Notes: generated by a model from the letters alone, not told the origin. DNA of 63,724 bases, filler included, from Octopus bimaculoides (GCF_001194135.2; 5 parts of 5 records of this genome joined end to end with filler, not necessarily neighbours in it); one strand, 5' to 3'; counted from the whole stretch's first letter, positions 13,682 through 27,626 are shown. Numbers and translations: made by a program.

Positions 13682-16600
13682 NNNNNNNNNNTATATGCAT
13701 ATATAAATATAAGTAATAGAAAAAAAAATAGCCTACATAATATCTTCAATGTATGAAGCTATTAGTAGCACAGAACTATATATTGTGTACATTAAGCAAT
13801 ATTTATTTCTCACCAGGATGAAAAATTTAATCAGAAACCTTTTTAAAACAAACAAATAACTGAAGGAATGAAAAAGTGGCCAAAAAAAAAACAAAAAAAA
13901 ACCCAAAAAAACCCTGACCTGACAAAACGGAAGATAAAAATATTCTCAATATTTATTTTTAGTTTTAAATATGGTGAATTGTTTCGTCCCTAAAATCAGC
14001 TTTGCAAGATTATTAACAACCATATTAGCGACAATTCATATGATATGTTCAAACATTTAATCGTAGTGTATATGTTGCTATTGCTGCCGATGATAATGAC
14101 AATGACTACGAAAATGTATTAAAATGTGTTTTGATCGAGTGCACATAGGACGAATATCATGTCAGGGGTGAAATTTAGTTAAATCTAAATTATACCTATA
14201 TTTTCATCATATCTAGAAAATCATTGTTTCTTATAGAGGTGGGGAATGTTTTCGCCGTAGATTTAGCTTCTATCTAGCTACGATCGACCATGCTAAGACT
14301 TTCACTCATGTCCCATGTGTATGACACAAACTTGGCCTCAATGACCTAAATTTTATATAATATTGCTTCAATATCGTTTCACAAGATATGTTTCCTACAA
14401 ATATATACAAGTATACAATAAAATATTTTGTTTTCTTTATCATTTTTTCAGTTGATAACTTAGCTAAAAATTACATTTCTTTGCTTAACAACGAAATGAA
14501 AGCATTTACAGAATTTTCTTATTGCTTTCTTATACACATAAACTGAGGAGTGTAAATATTGGACTAAATGTTGACCCAGCAATACCCATTGCACAAAATG
14601 ATGTTATATTTACATTTAGAATATAAATGTGAATCATCTTGGAATGTATAAATATATTATTAAACTGTTTTTCGAAGCGAATACTGCTATAAATAAACGT
14701 ATATAATATATCTGATAAAAGTCCCTTGGGTAGAAAAGAGCGATAGCTATACAGGAGACTCGAAACAAACATCTGTAACCATGAGAGATGTAATAACAAT
14801 TACACTAAAGTAATCGTCGGTTATATTAAATTATGATTCATTTCAATTGAACAAGGACAAATGTTTTTAGGTGGATGAGATACAATGTCTATCATCAATA
14901 CCATTAACAAGTCACACTTCATACTTGACTCCATATGTTGTTGAATTTCAATAGTATCGAAGCAGAAGGGATAATGTAAACTCCTGCTATTTGTACCATT
15001 CTACCATTTCAGAGAGATAGGAATGAGACTAAATTCAGATTATTTCTGATAAATTTCAATAACGTTACACAAATATTATATTCCACAGTTAAAAAAATAT
15101 CACAGCTAACTAAATATACAGTGTTATCGTTACCTATTTTATCGTAAGCCGTCACAAATGACATAGAGCAGATGATATCAATTGCACCGTACCATATCAT
15201 TATCGAGATTCTCTCAGCATTTATGAAAATTTCGGCTTCGACAGTTTGATGTGACACTATACAGATTAAAGATAGGGATAGTTTTGGGAGAGATATTTAA
15301 ATAAATAAATATGAATATGGTAATAGAAAATGTACATACATATACTTTAGAAACGTTCAGTANNNNNNNNNNNNNNNNNNNNNNNNNNNNNNNNNNNNNN
15401 NNNNNNNNNNNNNNNNNNNNNNNNNNNNNNNNNNNNNNNNNNNNNNNNNNNNNNNNNNNNNNNNNNNNNNNNNNNNNNNNNNNNNNNNNNNNNNNNNNNN
15501 NNNNNNNNNNNNNNNNNNNNNNNNNNNNNNNNNNNNNNNNNNNNNNNNNNNNNNNNNNNNNNNNNNNNNNNNNNNNNNNNNNNNNNNNNNNNNNNNNNNN
15601 NNNNNNNNNNNNNNNNNNTATATATATATATATATGTATATAGTTGGGAGGGTTATGTGTCTGAGTCTAATAGGTAACGTGAAAGACAAGAGAGTTTCTA
15701 ATTTACTTTCACGTCACCAACAGACTAAGCAATCGTTGAATATTTTACACTAATCAAGGCGACATCTAGAAAGCTGAAAGTTTAGAAAATAATACATTTC
15801 ACACCAAAAAGGAAACAAAGAGAGAAATATTACTTTAATTGCATGTAATATTTTAACAGTAAACACGAATATAAGTAGTAACACCTATGATTTAGTTTCG
15901 AATTTAAATATATTGAGTTGAACTGGCATACACAAAATTAATTTTCTCATACATAAATATGGAAGAATCATATGATTCAGAATCGTTCTATTCAAATATA
16001 AATCTGAAAATGGAGAACCTCGTTCTGGGTACTTCTTCTTCAAAGTAAAAACTTTGTAGACGTTTTATAAAAGACACGCCCCCGCCAACCACATTCCATC
16101 ACAAACACTTAGGATTGTGAGCAAGGAAGCTACCAAAACAACAGAGGCCCTCATTTTTTCATAGTAAGAGCAAGAATCGCCTTATGATAATAAAGATGGT
16201 GATAATGATAATGATGATGACGATGATGTCGATGATTATACTGATTATGATGATACGCTTTGATAGTAAAAATGCTAATACATCTGCCAGTATGTATTGC
16301 AACACTATATATTGAAATATATTGGTTTTGTAGCTGGGAATTTCTCTTTTACTGGCGACACCTTTCTGAAGTCAAAGGTACGTACGATGGAGAAAGTTCC
16401 CATTTAAACGATCTATTGGTCGTCCATGTTAATGAAGTAAAGAACTAGTTGTTTCTCTCGGAGCGATGTATGTGTCTGTCGATGGATACTATATTCGCTG
16501 AATCTTGACTTTATATTTATCAACAAACACTTCGGTAAGTCTTCGGTGAGTAGAAATGAATTTGTTTCTTTAAAAATTTACAACTAACAAAAACGCTGAA

Positions 16601-16779
16601 CGGAAACTTTTTTACTTCCATTCTATAGCAAGTTGATATAAGATGCTAGACGCAGCTGAAAAATAAAAGGAATCAATCATCACTTGAGAATATGCTATAT
16701 ACAGAAAACAAAAACAGCATTATAAGACAGGAATATATAAACTAAAGAAAGATTTTGTCTCCCTCTTTCACTCTACTAG

Positions 16780-17740
16780 CAAATTCAATACTACTTTTGG
16801 GGAATTTGGGAGACTTGTTTTCAATATATTTTATTCCTAGAGCTTCCCTATTTGAAATTATATTCTATAAGAAGAGATTTGTAAAGTTCTGTGGCTGCCA
16901 TAGTGCGTTTCACCTGTACACAAAGAAAAAAAAATGTTATTATACAATATCGATCAATTGCACGTCTGTCCCTCGACATTTGTAACCTTGTTCCATAGTT
17001 ATAAATTACAATGATGTTCTTGTTGATATTGTTATTATTTTGTGTTTTTTTTTTGGTTATTGTTGCTTTTGTTGTCTTGGCTGTTTTGTTTGGGCTTGTT
17101 TATTTTGAAGAGAATCCCATCCAGTTATTTCTTGCCCATGGCTCCTCCGGTATTTTGTGATTAGTGATATCGATACGTTTGAAGTATTTTACCTCGGATG
17201 TGTGCAGGTTAATATCTGTGAGCTGAGTGTGCACTGGAAAGAAATTCCAGAGAGATGAAATTCAATGGAGAAATAGTTGACAAAATTGTTTGCCATTTGG
17301 GCTGAAACGTTTTCTTCTTTAGCACAAGTTTAGCTATATTCGGAAAAACTTATGAGGAATATTCTAGCAGATACTACACACACATTTATTTAGACAGTGT
17401 ATCCAGAAGCAAATTATCCAGTATATGGTGCTATTATTTTGATTTGACTTTCTTTTACTAGTATTTTCAGCATAAAAGCATCCTACGTTCCTCGCCAAAA
17501 ACTAGGGTTCTTTGTGAATCTTTTGCCATAGCTTTTGATCGACAAAAAATTTGAATAAACAGAAATTTCGTAGAAGTCCTGTTGAGAGATTGAATCTGTA
17601 TGTTGGGGATGTATTGCTTAAAAAGTCGCTGGATTGAATACCGCCATTCTGCCGTTTGATGTATTAATTGGAGTTCATCCTAATCGTATGGGTAAGTTTA
17701 CCAGTCAGAGTCTAAGTGTCACCCTTCCACCATTCTTCTA
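16780..17740 (-). mobile_element. Heavily decayed Penelope-like retroelement fragment (RT C-terminus, Cys linker, start of GIY-YIG)
   Basis: Minus-strand fragments occur in the expected order: VTL..LTGK (~17700), NIPHKFFRI (~17350), CN...VEGQTC..SILY (~16970) and HYGSHRT (~16895). They resemble LDVTLDL.TGK, TNIG..F..LI, CNC....CP..G.C....VY and RY.NH..SF. Many stops and frameshifts. Confidence 0.45.
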
Positions 17741-17994
17741 ATCTATGAAATGTATTACACAGCAACCTTATTTACTGTCATACCTCAAAATGTTTCACCA
17801 GAACTACCTCATTTATATATATATATATATGTTTGTGTGTGTGTATATGTGTGTGCGTTTGTGTCATTGCTTTTGTTTTCAACCCCACAAGCTCTTGACA
17901 ACTAATGTTGATTTGTTTACAACCAAGTAAATTAGTGATTTCATTGCATATTGTTTGGAATCACACTCAAGGAAAACTTTTGTTATACCGCAAT

Positions 17995-18098
17995 ACTACA
18001 CAGTGGCTGTGTGAGCTACGAAATTCTCGTCGCCACTGTTATATCGCGATATAACAGTGGTGACGAGAATTTCGTAGCTCACAGAGCCCCTGTGTAGT
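17995..18098. mobile_element. 104-bp spacerless palindrome; probable tiny MITE (CACAG termini, TA flanks)
   Basis: 52-bp arms centred at 18046/18047 with 3 mismatches. TA at 17997-98 and 18095-96 flank a 96-bp CACAG...CTGTG core. Confidence 0.75.
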
Positions 18099-19129
18099 TT
18101 TGCGATATAGCACCATTTTCTGTCGTTTAATAAGAAGTCATCTGTTTGTTTAATTTCATTTATTGCTATCTCTTCAGCGTCAAATTTAACCTGGGTCTTA
18201 GGAAACATTATGCAACATTTTAATCAACTACGTAACATGATTACTTCGAGGTTCTCTTGTCTTGAAAGTTATTGTTCGTACCGTTTGAAATTTTACTTTC
18301 AGAAGAAGAAACCTTAATAAACAAATAATAAAAACTAAAACGTTTCACGTGAAATCAATGCTGATACAGAAATGTGTATTAAACACGTTTCATGATTTGC
18401 TTTCGTAGAATAATATTCGACATTCTAAGTTCTAATAAACCGGAAGTATTATAATGAAATTACTGAATTATTGTAGAATTCCAGCTGTTGTATATTTAAA
18501 TTGAAAGTTTTGGATTTTATAAAAGAATATATTTCAGCTTCAGCTTGAATGATTAAGCAATTTCTCATTCTTCAAATGTTGCTGCATTAATTCTTTCGTC
18601 TACTAAATTAATTTAATATCGAAAATATATCATATATATTAGCAATATGTCACATATCTCTGGTTACCTAACAAGCATACTGATTTGTTCTAGTTGTTGA
18701 TGCTTTTGCTATTGTTGTTGATAACGATGGTTTGCTTTTTTTACGTTTATCTTTTTATTATTACTTGATTTCGGATATTCCAATTTATCACAAAGAATCA
18801 GCGAAGGTATGACAAAAATCCTTTTACTTCTTGGTATTTATATGACATCTGAGTGTATGATATATATTTCTGATCATCATATATTCCTTCATCTAAACTT
18901 TGAAATAACCACCTCCAGTGAGCACGTGATTTACTGCAGTTCACCAATGACACCATTGTATCAATTGTAAAGCTGTTGCTGCCGTCGATATTGTTGTTAT
19001 TGTTTAACCCCAGTTCAATATTGATTGAAAAGTCCTGTGATCAAAGTGGTTTAAATCTTCATCATATCAATGTTCTTTAATGTTTACTCATATCTCAATA
19101 TAAATACATAAATTCACACTATGCATTTT

Positions 19130-19207
<78 letters not shown>

Positions 19208-20064
19208 AACACATATATATATGCGCATATGTGCATGTATGTGGGCATGTAGTATACGTAAATACACGAAAGAAGTTCAAACAGTACTCAGTGCTACGGG
19301 GTAAGAGTTATTTATGATTATGACAAGGGACCCTCTCATCTCGTTATTTGAATTTTACATTCCCGCTCATCAGCCTACATGCGAAAGAATTGTATATTCA
19401 TATATATATGTGCATGTGTATGTGCGTGCGCCTGTGTATTAATGTGTGTCTGCGCGTGTATGTGTGTATGTGTATAATGATATAATGTCTAAGTCAACAT
19501 GATAATGTTATACGGTTGTTTTCTCTGTCTAATATGTTTATATCTCGACGCAGCTGTCCATAAATACGATTTATAACAGGTTTTAGCATAACCGTCCGTC
19601 CTGTGCTTTTTGTTCCATAAACATCGTTGCACTGATGTGTTGTACCACATTTATATAGGCTGAGACAGAACAAGCTCCCATATGTTACGCAGTCATTAAT
19701 GTGAGGTTAGTGAAATTAGACATACGTCTACATAAATCCAATGTTTTATCGGTTTGTTTCCTTTAGTTGCCGTCATAACTGGGACGTGCGTATGCTGTGC
19801 TTTTACTGCTGACATTGTTTCAGCAATGCGACGTGAACAAGTCTAAAATAAAATAAAAAACAATATGTGTCTGTAAATATTGAAAAGAGACGAGTGTGGC
19901 CGTTGTAGCTGGTCGTTGAAATAATTTAATTGCACATGGTTGCTGAAATAAAGTACCACTAATGTCCGAAAATCAATGATATCAGTAAACTCCTTTCTTA
20001 TAAAATGCTAACCTTGTATATAAATTAAAATTTGTTGTTGTTAATGCAATTATTATTATTTAGG

Positions 20065-20111
<47 letters not shown>

Positions 20112-20115
<4 letters not shown>

Positions 20116-20230
20116 GAGTGAGAGAGCAGTGCATGCCATCAAAGTGACACTGGGGTAAAATATACGAAGCCCTTTATACCCATCATGACTACCCGTCTGA
20201 AGACGGTGACCTGGAAAAATCGTTGGCACA
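20112..20230 (-). mobile_element. Retroposon 3' end with (TAA)n tail
   Basis: A long (ATT)n tract at ~20065-20115 abuts GAGTGAGAGAGCAGTGCATGCCATCAAAGTGACACTGGGG, which looks like a LINE/SINE 3' end read on the minus strand. Confidence 0.45.
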
Positions 20231-20414
20231 CCCGGTAAGATTCTTAGTGGCATTTCGTCGGTCTGTACGTTCTGAGTTCAAATTCCGCCGAAGTCGACAT
20301 TGCCTTTCATTCTTCCGGGGTCGATAAATTAAGTACCTGTCAAGTGATGGTGTCCATGTGATCGACTGTCCCTCTCCCCAATATTTCATGCCTTGTGCCT
20401 ATATTTGAAAGGAT
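20230..20414 (+). mobile_element. Nin-domain-type SINE
   Basis: GAGTTCAAATTCCGCCG B-box followed by GTCGACATTGCCTTTCATTCTTCCGGGGTCGATAAATTAAGTACC, resembling the Nin domain. Related copies occur at ~30030, 37050, 37490, 46020 and 58720. Confidence 0.75.
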
Positions 20415-20416
20415 TA

Positions 20417-21165
20417 CCGTAGTCACTTGCGATATCACGGTTCACCTATCGTGCCCTCAGTACTTCACGGATTTCTGATATGTATCGCGGACTCCTCAGT
20501 ATATCACGGGTTTCTGCATCCGATAGGTATTACATTTTTTTCAGATTTTAATCATTTATATGGGACAATAAGCATTTTAACGCCTAAAAATTAATAAATC
20601 AATAAATAAAATTACAGTACAGTACTGCAGTGTAAAACACATTAATTAAATTATATTAAAAGAAAATACGTAGTGTACCGTAGATGAGTAGACAAAGAAG
20701 CGCACACACCGTATGGAAAACGAAACTCGGGAGGCGAGTGTGTGGTATTTTGCGTTTGTGTGTAAAATTGTAAATTTATTTCAAGCCCGACGATGTTGCC
20801 CAAACATTCTATTCCTTCTAAGGCTTCTGGTAGTCAACCCAAGCGCCAGAAGAAGTTGCTCACTGTAGTAGAAGTAAAACTCCTCGACATGTTTAAGGAA
20901 GGGAGAAGGTATGCAGATATAAGCCGCTAAAAGAACTTCATAGAATGGCGGAAGAGTGGGACTCCCAGATGTTTCGTGCGTTACTGTTTGGAAATGCAAT
21001 CCATGGAGCCATGGAAGATTATCAAAACCTCCTTACACAGAAGAAAAGGCAGCGCAAGCAACTGCTCATCTCTGTTCTTCACTCGCAAAAAGGAGAAGAC
21101 ACGGGTACTCCTAAGTCATTATTGCAATTGTTGATACATTTTCGTTTCCACGGCAACAATTAAAA
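20417..21165 (+). mobile_element. Internally deleted Tigger/pogo DNA transposon (left TIR, CENP-B-like N-terminus fused to C-terminus)
   Basis: TA|CCGTAGTCACTTGCGATATCACGG TIR-like start with subterminal repeats. ATG at 20793 gives MLPKHSIPSKASGSQPKRQKKLLTVVEVKLLDMFKEGRRYADISR, followed immediately by KELHRMAEEWDSQMFRALLFGNAIHGAMEDYQNLLTQKKRQRKQL. No right TIR found. Confidence 0.8.
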
Positions 21166-22430
21166 ATGATATCGAAAGAAGGAGATAACGATTCCCACGT
21201 CCGGCCGTCATTCGATAATATTTAAACGATTTGGCTGTAATACTCAACAATACAATATAGCGTAGTAAGTTCGTGTCTCACCTATACCATTGTTCTCTTC
21301 CTTGACTACATGATAGTGAACATTTATCAACATTAAAAGGGATACACGGGCGAAAATGGAGAATAAAAATATGAGCGAAGGTGAACGATTAACGTGGAAA
21401 ATGGGCTGATGACAGTTGGAATACCGTATTGATTAGAAATTGATAATTAGTATGATGGCATTTGGTTGCTGGATCGAAATCTATTAGACGAGAATAGAAT
21501 ATAGATAGTGTCAAATGATAAATGCGATTTGCGAGGTTTCAAAATACAACCCCTCCCCACAAGAAAACCCAAAAAACAAAAACGAAAACAGAAAAAAATC
21601 CAGCAAACAGTTTCTTCGGAACAGAATGTTGTAAGGGGCAATCACAATCTTTAAATCAATTTTAAATTAATTAAATTCGTATTAGTTTTAAGGATTTTCA
21701 ACGCATTTATTTTTTATTTGTATTTTATATTATAATTTCAATAGCGTTTTACTCTTCATTTTCGCATTTTTCTGCCTGTTTTTATAAAGAAATCTAGTAA
21801 TGTTGCTCCCAAAATGTTGATATAAAAAAGTAAATTTTGTCGAAACAAACAAAAACCTGTAACGATATTTATGAAGAGAGAAAAAATATCCTACAGATGT
21901 GTTTTGCTGTGCTATTTACTGATTTTTTTTTTGAAGATTTAATTTGTATGTTTTAATATATAGAATTAATCAATAACGTTCTAGCTTTCTGTTAATAGTA
22001 AAGATTGAAATCTTTGCCCATGCTTTGGTCGATGGCCTAAACATCTTGGACGGAAATTAAATCAATCAAGAGAAAATGATACAAAAATTTGGAAGCAACG
22101 AAATCAAGCGATCGTTGTTTTCATGCTAATCAAGAGAAATCAAATTAATATATTAAGTAAAGGGTGAAAAACAGTATAGAGAAAGAGCAAGGAGATAAAG
22201 AAAGTGAGAAGTAGAAAGAAGACAAAGAGAGAAGGAGTGAGAGAGAGAGAGAGAGAGAAAGAAGAATAAGAAGGGGAAGTGAGAGTTAAAGCACAGTAGT
22301 GGAAATGTTTAATCAATGCCAATGTATTTAATTAGGAAAGAATCAGAAGTTGAGTAGCATCTAACTTGATAATCAGTACTGAATTTATTTCGAGTTGCCG
22401 AAAGTAACTTTTGGCAGTTGATACACACAG

Positions 22431-22539
<109 letters not shown>

Positions 22540-23703
22540 CGGCTATAAGCGGGAATATATTTTCTTCTGATTGCCCAAATGAACATTAAATTTAGAGAGA
22601 AATAAATTTGTCAGCGAACTTTAACACTTTCACACACAATGGCACATACATACATACAAACATGCATACATACATGCATATACATACATATGTTTGTATA
22701 TATGTGTATGCATACATATAAATATATACATGTATCGATGTGTGTGTGTATCTGTGTAAGTGTGAGGGCTTGTCTGTTTGTCTACCTGTAAATATGTGTA
22801 TATGTACATATACATGCGAATTTATGTCTACATATATATATATATACATACATATATAAATATATATANNNNNNNNNNNNNNNNNNNNNNNNNNNNNNNN
22901 NNNNNNNNNNNNNNNNNNNNNNNNNNNNNNNNNNNNNNNNNNNNNNNNNNNNNNNNNNNNNNNNNNNNNNNNNNNNNNNNNNNNNNNNNNNNNNNNNNNN
23001 NNNNNNNNNNNNNNNNNNNNNNNNNNNNNNNNNNNNNNNNNNNNNNNNNNNNNNNNNNNNNNNNNNNNNNNNNNNNNNNNNNNNNNNNNNNNNNNNNNNN
23101 NNNNNNNNNNNNNNNNNNNNNNNNNNNNNNNNNNNNNNNNNNNNNNNNNNNNNNNNNNNNNNNNNNNNNNNNNNNNNNNNNNNNNNNNNNNNNNNNNNNN
23201 NNNNNNNNNNNNNNNNNNNNNNNNNNNNNNNNNNNNNNNNNNNNNNNNNNNNNNNNNNNNNNNNNNNNNNNNNNNNNNNNNNNNNNNNNNNNNNNNNNNN
23301 NNNNNNNNNNNNNNNNNNNNNNNNNNNNNNNNNNNNNNNNNNNNNNNNNNNNNNNNNNNNNNNNNNNNNNNNNNNNNNNNNNNNNNNNNNNNNNNNNNNN
23401 NNNNNNNNNNNNNNNNNNNNNNNNNNNNNNNNNNNNNNNNNNNNNNNNNNNNNNNNNNNNNNNNNNNNNNNNNNNNNNNNNNNNNNNNNNNNNNNNNNNN
23501 NNNNNNNNNNNNNNNNNNNNNNNNNNNNNNNNNNNNNNNNNNNNNNNNNNNNNNNNNNNNNNNNNNNNNNNNNNNNNNNNNNNNNNNNACAAATGTTTAA
23601 AAATTATATTTGCAGAAGCAGAAAACAAAAACAAAAAAAACACCGACATATATGTTTTTTTTATTCGCTTCTCACACGAGTGTATTTTTGTGTGTGGCTG
23701 TGT

Positions 23704-23741
<38 letters not shown>

Positions 23742-23826
23742 CGTATGTGTGTCTGTCTGTGTGTCTTTGCGTGCGCGTTTTTATATTTCTCTTTTCGTAG
23801 ATATGTATGCACGGATATACGTACAT

Positions 23827-23857
<31 letters not shown>

Positions 23858-23858
23858 T

Positions 23859-23934
<76 letters not shown>

Positions 23935-25898
23935 TGTCACAATGAAGAATAAGTGTCGAAATTTAATTCTCCGTATTCTCCATGGAAAGAGTAGCATGGT
24001 GATTTGGAACTGTTAATCACTGTTTTGCAATTATAAAGTATAACAATGTTGCGAAGGAAATATATATTTATACTTAATGGAGACCTATAACGAAACAATT
24101 TTATAGAATGCTTTTCTAACAGATGTGAAGTATGCTAACGAATTACACTTAGTAATGAACATGAATTTTTGCTTACTGCCTTCAAAATAATACATAGTTA
24201 ATTTAAATGTTTATTCAACTGCAGACCGAAATTGAAAAAATATACAGCATTTGTTAAATGTTGTTTTCTACTTAAGAATAATCATTATGTGTTTAAGCAC
24301 CCAGAGGAGTCTTTGAGTAAATTGAAGGTTAGACGTCCACTTAAATGCCACATGATTCACATAGCATAATAATGTAGAAATAAATGTAAAACAACAAGTT
24401 CTTGGGGAATATAAATAAAGCAATCAAAGAAAATGGTGTCTCTTTTTATAAAATGAAACCGAATTCTGTTTTCAAATTATTGAATATTTTCGTTACAAAT
24501 GAAAGTTTCGAAGCGCGAGTCTTTAGTTTTTGTAATATATAGTTCAATGTTTCTTCAGTTAGTTCGACATTTTCAAATCCATATGTATGTATGTATGTAT
24601 GCAAGTACGTATGTACGTATGTATGTATGTACGTGTATATGTATGTATGTATCTATCTATCTATCTGCATATATATATATATATTTATATATATACACAT
24701 ACACACACATATATATGCATGCATATATATGTACACAATGCATACATATATGCAAGGACGCACGCATGTAGGAACGCACACACGCAGATATATACACACT
24801 TATTAACTGCTTGTAGCGACACTCTCTTTCCTTATGTGACTAAAATATACTACCAAGAAGATTAAAAACTTATAATTCAATACTCCATCCTGCCTCAGTT
24901 AGCAGTGTGATTGAATCACTGTTTTAAATTCTCTGTAAAGATTTTCTATAGGAATTTGACCCAGCACTGTAAATTATGAGGTTTCGTATACGCATATATC
25001 TATGCAAACAATGTCGTGATTATTTCAGGAATTATTTCTCTTTTATCAGCATCACATCCAACCGAGAAACACATTGCTTAAACAGCGACTGAATTTAGAG
25101 GTGTAGCACAATTGGATATTTCAATTTTACATATTAAACACATTCCTGGCAACTGTTACGTGCATATCAATTGCTGGTAGGGACACCGTATTTCGTTATG
25201 AAGCCATAATATATCTTATCAAGTATATTCATTGCTTAAAAGTCAATTCTGTGTCCTACCTCTATTAGCAGTGCAATTCAATCACTTTTTAATGTTATCC
25301 CTACAATGTTTATGTGGGCAGCTAACGGGTTGTATATGGTTGTGATGAAATAGATGTAACTTCTGAAACTTTATTTTACGCCTATTTCCTCTTTTCTGTC
25401 TTTCATCGCTTCGTTCATATCGACGTATTTGTATTCAAAACGTCGTAACTATCAGTGCTGGCCCTAATTTCTATACAACATTTCATTTTTGTCGCAATCG
25501 TCATCAGCAATTGTGTAACATCCTTACATATCCCTAAATACACTTATTTTAATGACAGGAATACTTGGGGTAAAAGTAAACTGGGCAAGCCAGTTAAAGT
25601 AAATAACATATTTCTCGGATACGAATTGAAAATTGAGTTACTGATGTATAATTGAAAGTTGAGTTACTGATGTATAACTTACAATAAGTTATTCACCTTG
25701 ATAAACACAATTATTTGTGAATAGTCTGGGTGAATGGAAGAATCTCAGATGATATGATGGTATATATAAATAGGCTATACTGCGTAAGGTGATGTTCTAA
25801 AGAAACCGTGGAATTGTTATCATAAATATTCTTGTTATCTCTACAACGTTTCTTTAAAAATAAATGTGCTGAAAGAGCAATCCATACTCGATGATGTA

Positions 25899-26126
25899 TT
25901 GGGTTGTCTGGAAAGTTCGAGCCGATTTTTAAAGGAAAGAAAAACGTAAATAAATACTTGCCATTACATTTTTAATCAACCAAATATGAACCATTGTCTT
26001 GCACAATGCGTCTCCATCTTTCCTTTAAGTTGAAAATACCCTCTTCCCAGAATTGTGGTGGTTTCATGGCAAATACGTCGAAAGGTAAGCTACTATAAAT
26101 CGGCACGAACTTTCCGGACAACTCAT
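25899..26126 (-). mobile_element. 228-bp mariner deletion derivative (MITE) with both TIRs and TA TSD
   Basis: TIRs TTGGGTTGTCTGGAAAGTTCGAGCCGATTT and AAATCGGCACGAACTTTCCGGACAACTCAT are flanked by TA. The internal minus strand reads DVFAMKPPQFWEEGIFNLKERWRRIVQDNGSYLVD*, a mariner transposase C-terminus. Confidence 0.9.
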
Positions 26127-27304
26127 TATTATATACTTCACGCTTCTTCCTCAGCTATTATGATTTTATCAGGATCTACAATAAATAGATATGATTTTTG
26201 CAGACTCACGTCACATATAATTTCTGAATTACTAAAAGAAGTGTACTTAGCGTAAACATTTTTGACTTTTATAAATTTGGTAAAGTTTGAAATACCGATA
26301 TCTACATCGAGTGATTGTAAGCATCGCGATGTCAGTCATAGCCAAAGTTTAGGTTGTGCGTTCGCCGGTGAGGCATCTCTCAGATCAAACTTGTACCCCG
26401 GAGAGGTACAAGTTCAAGACCTGTTCAACAACCAACAGGGAGACTTCAGTCAAGCATTTACAAGCTTCAGTTGCAGTACATATTCATCCAGGGTAGACAT
26501 TCCTAAACAGTTTTGCTCAAATTTTACACAAGCGTGTGGGTGAAACAAGCTGAAGAATCCACTGTTAGAAAGTACTTCTTAAAGTGCATGCGTATCCATT
26601 TAGAGNNNNNNNNNNNNNNNNNNNNNNNNNNNNNNNNNNNNNNNNNNNNNNNNNNNNNNNNNNNNNNNNNNNNNNNNNNNNNNNNNNNNNNNNNNNNNNN
26701 NNNNNNNNNNNNNNNNNNNNNNNNNNNNNNNNNNNNNNNNNNNNNNNNNNNNNNNNNNNNNNNNNNNNNNNNNNNNNNNNNNNNNNNNNNNNNNNNNNNN
26801 NNNNNNNNNNNNNNNNNNNNNNNNNNNNNNNNNNNNNNNNNNNNNNNNNNNNNNNNNNNNNNNNNNNNNNNNNNNNNNNNNNNNNNNNNNNNNNNNNNNN
26901 NNNNNNNNNNNNNNNNNNNNNNNNNNNNNNNNNNNNNNNNNNNNNNNNNNNNNNNNNNNNNNNNNNNNNNNNNNNNNNNNNNNNNNNNNNNNNNNNNNNN
27001 NNNNNNNNATATATATATATATATATATATAAGTATATATATTTTTGTATGTATGTGTATGTATGTGTTGGTATCTATACACGAATGTATGCACTTATAT
27101 GGGTGGGAGTTAACAATGCACTAGAAGGTCTCCTTGCACTAAATCAGCATTACATACGGCGCATGATTACATACAAATGCAAAGATAAAGGATTCTCGAA
27201 TCAACATGACATTTCCTACACTATTGAAATAATACATAATTTTCAATATTTTCAATTATTATGAAAACTAATTTCTTGCCTGTAAACATGATGTATCATA
27301 TGAA

Positions 27305-27626
27305 ACATCTATTACAACTTTGAGATGAATATACAATTTGAAGCTTCACTACCACCATATGGTTCCATGTTGGGTGTACTTTAGTATTTCACACCATGGC
27401 AATGTATCCTCTTATATTAACTCCAATATTATCAATGACAGCACGTCATAATACATGCACACATACATGCATACATACCCACCTGACGTGCTGGCATTGA
27501 TTATGTTGGAGTTAATATAAGTGGATAGATTGCCATGGTGTGAATTACTAAACTACAGCCGACATAGAACCATGTGGCACTAGAGAAGCTTCAAATGGTA
27601 TATTCATGTCAAAGTTGTAATAGACG

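Noticed and set aside
25460-25512. Minus-strand CTGATGA...GAAATGTT
   Set aside because: No pairing stems; expected by chance in AT-rich DNA.
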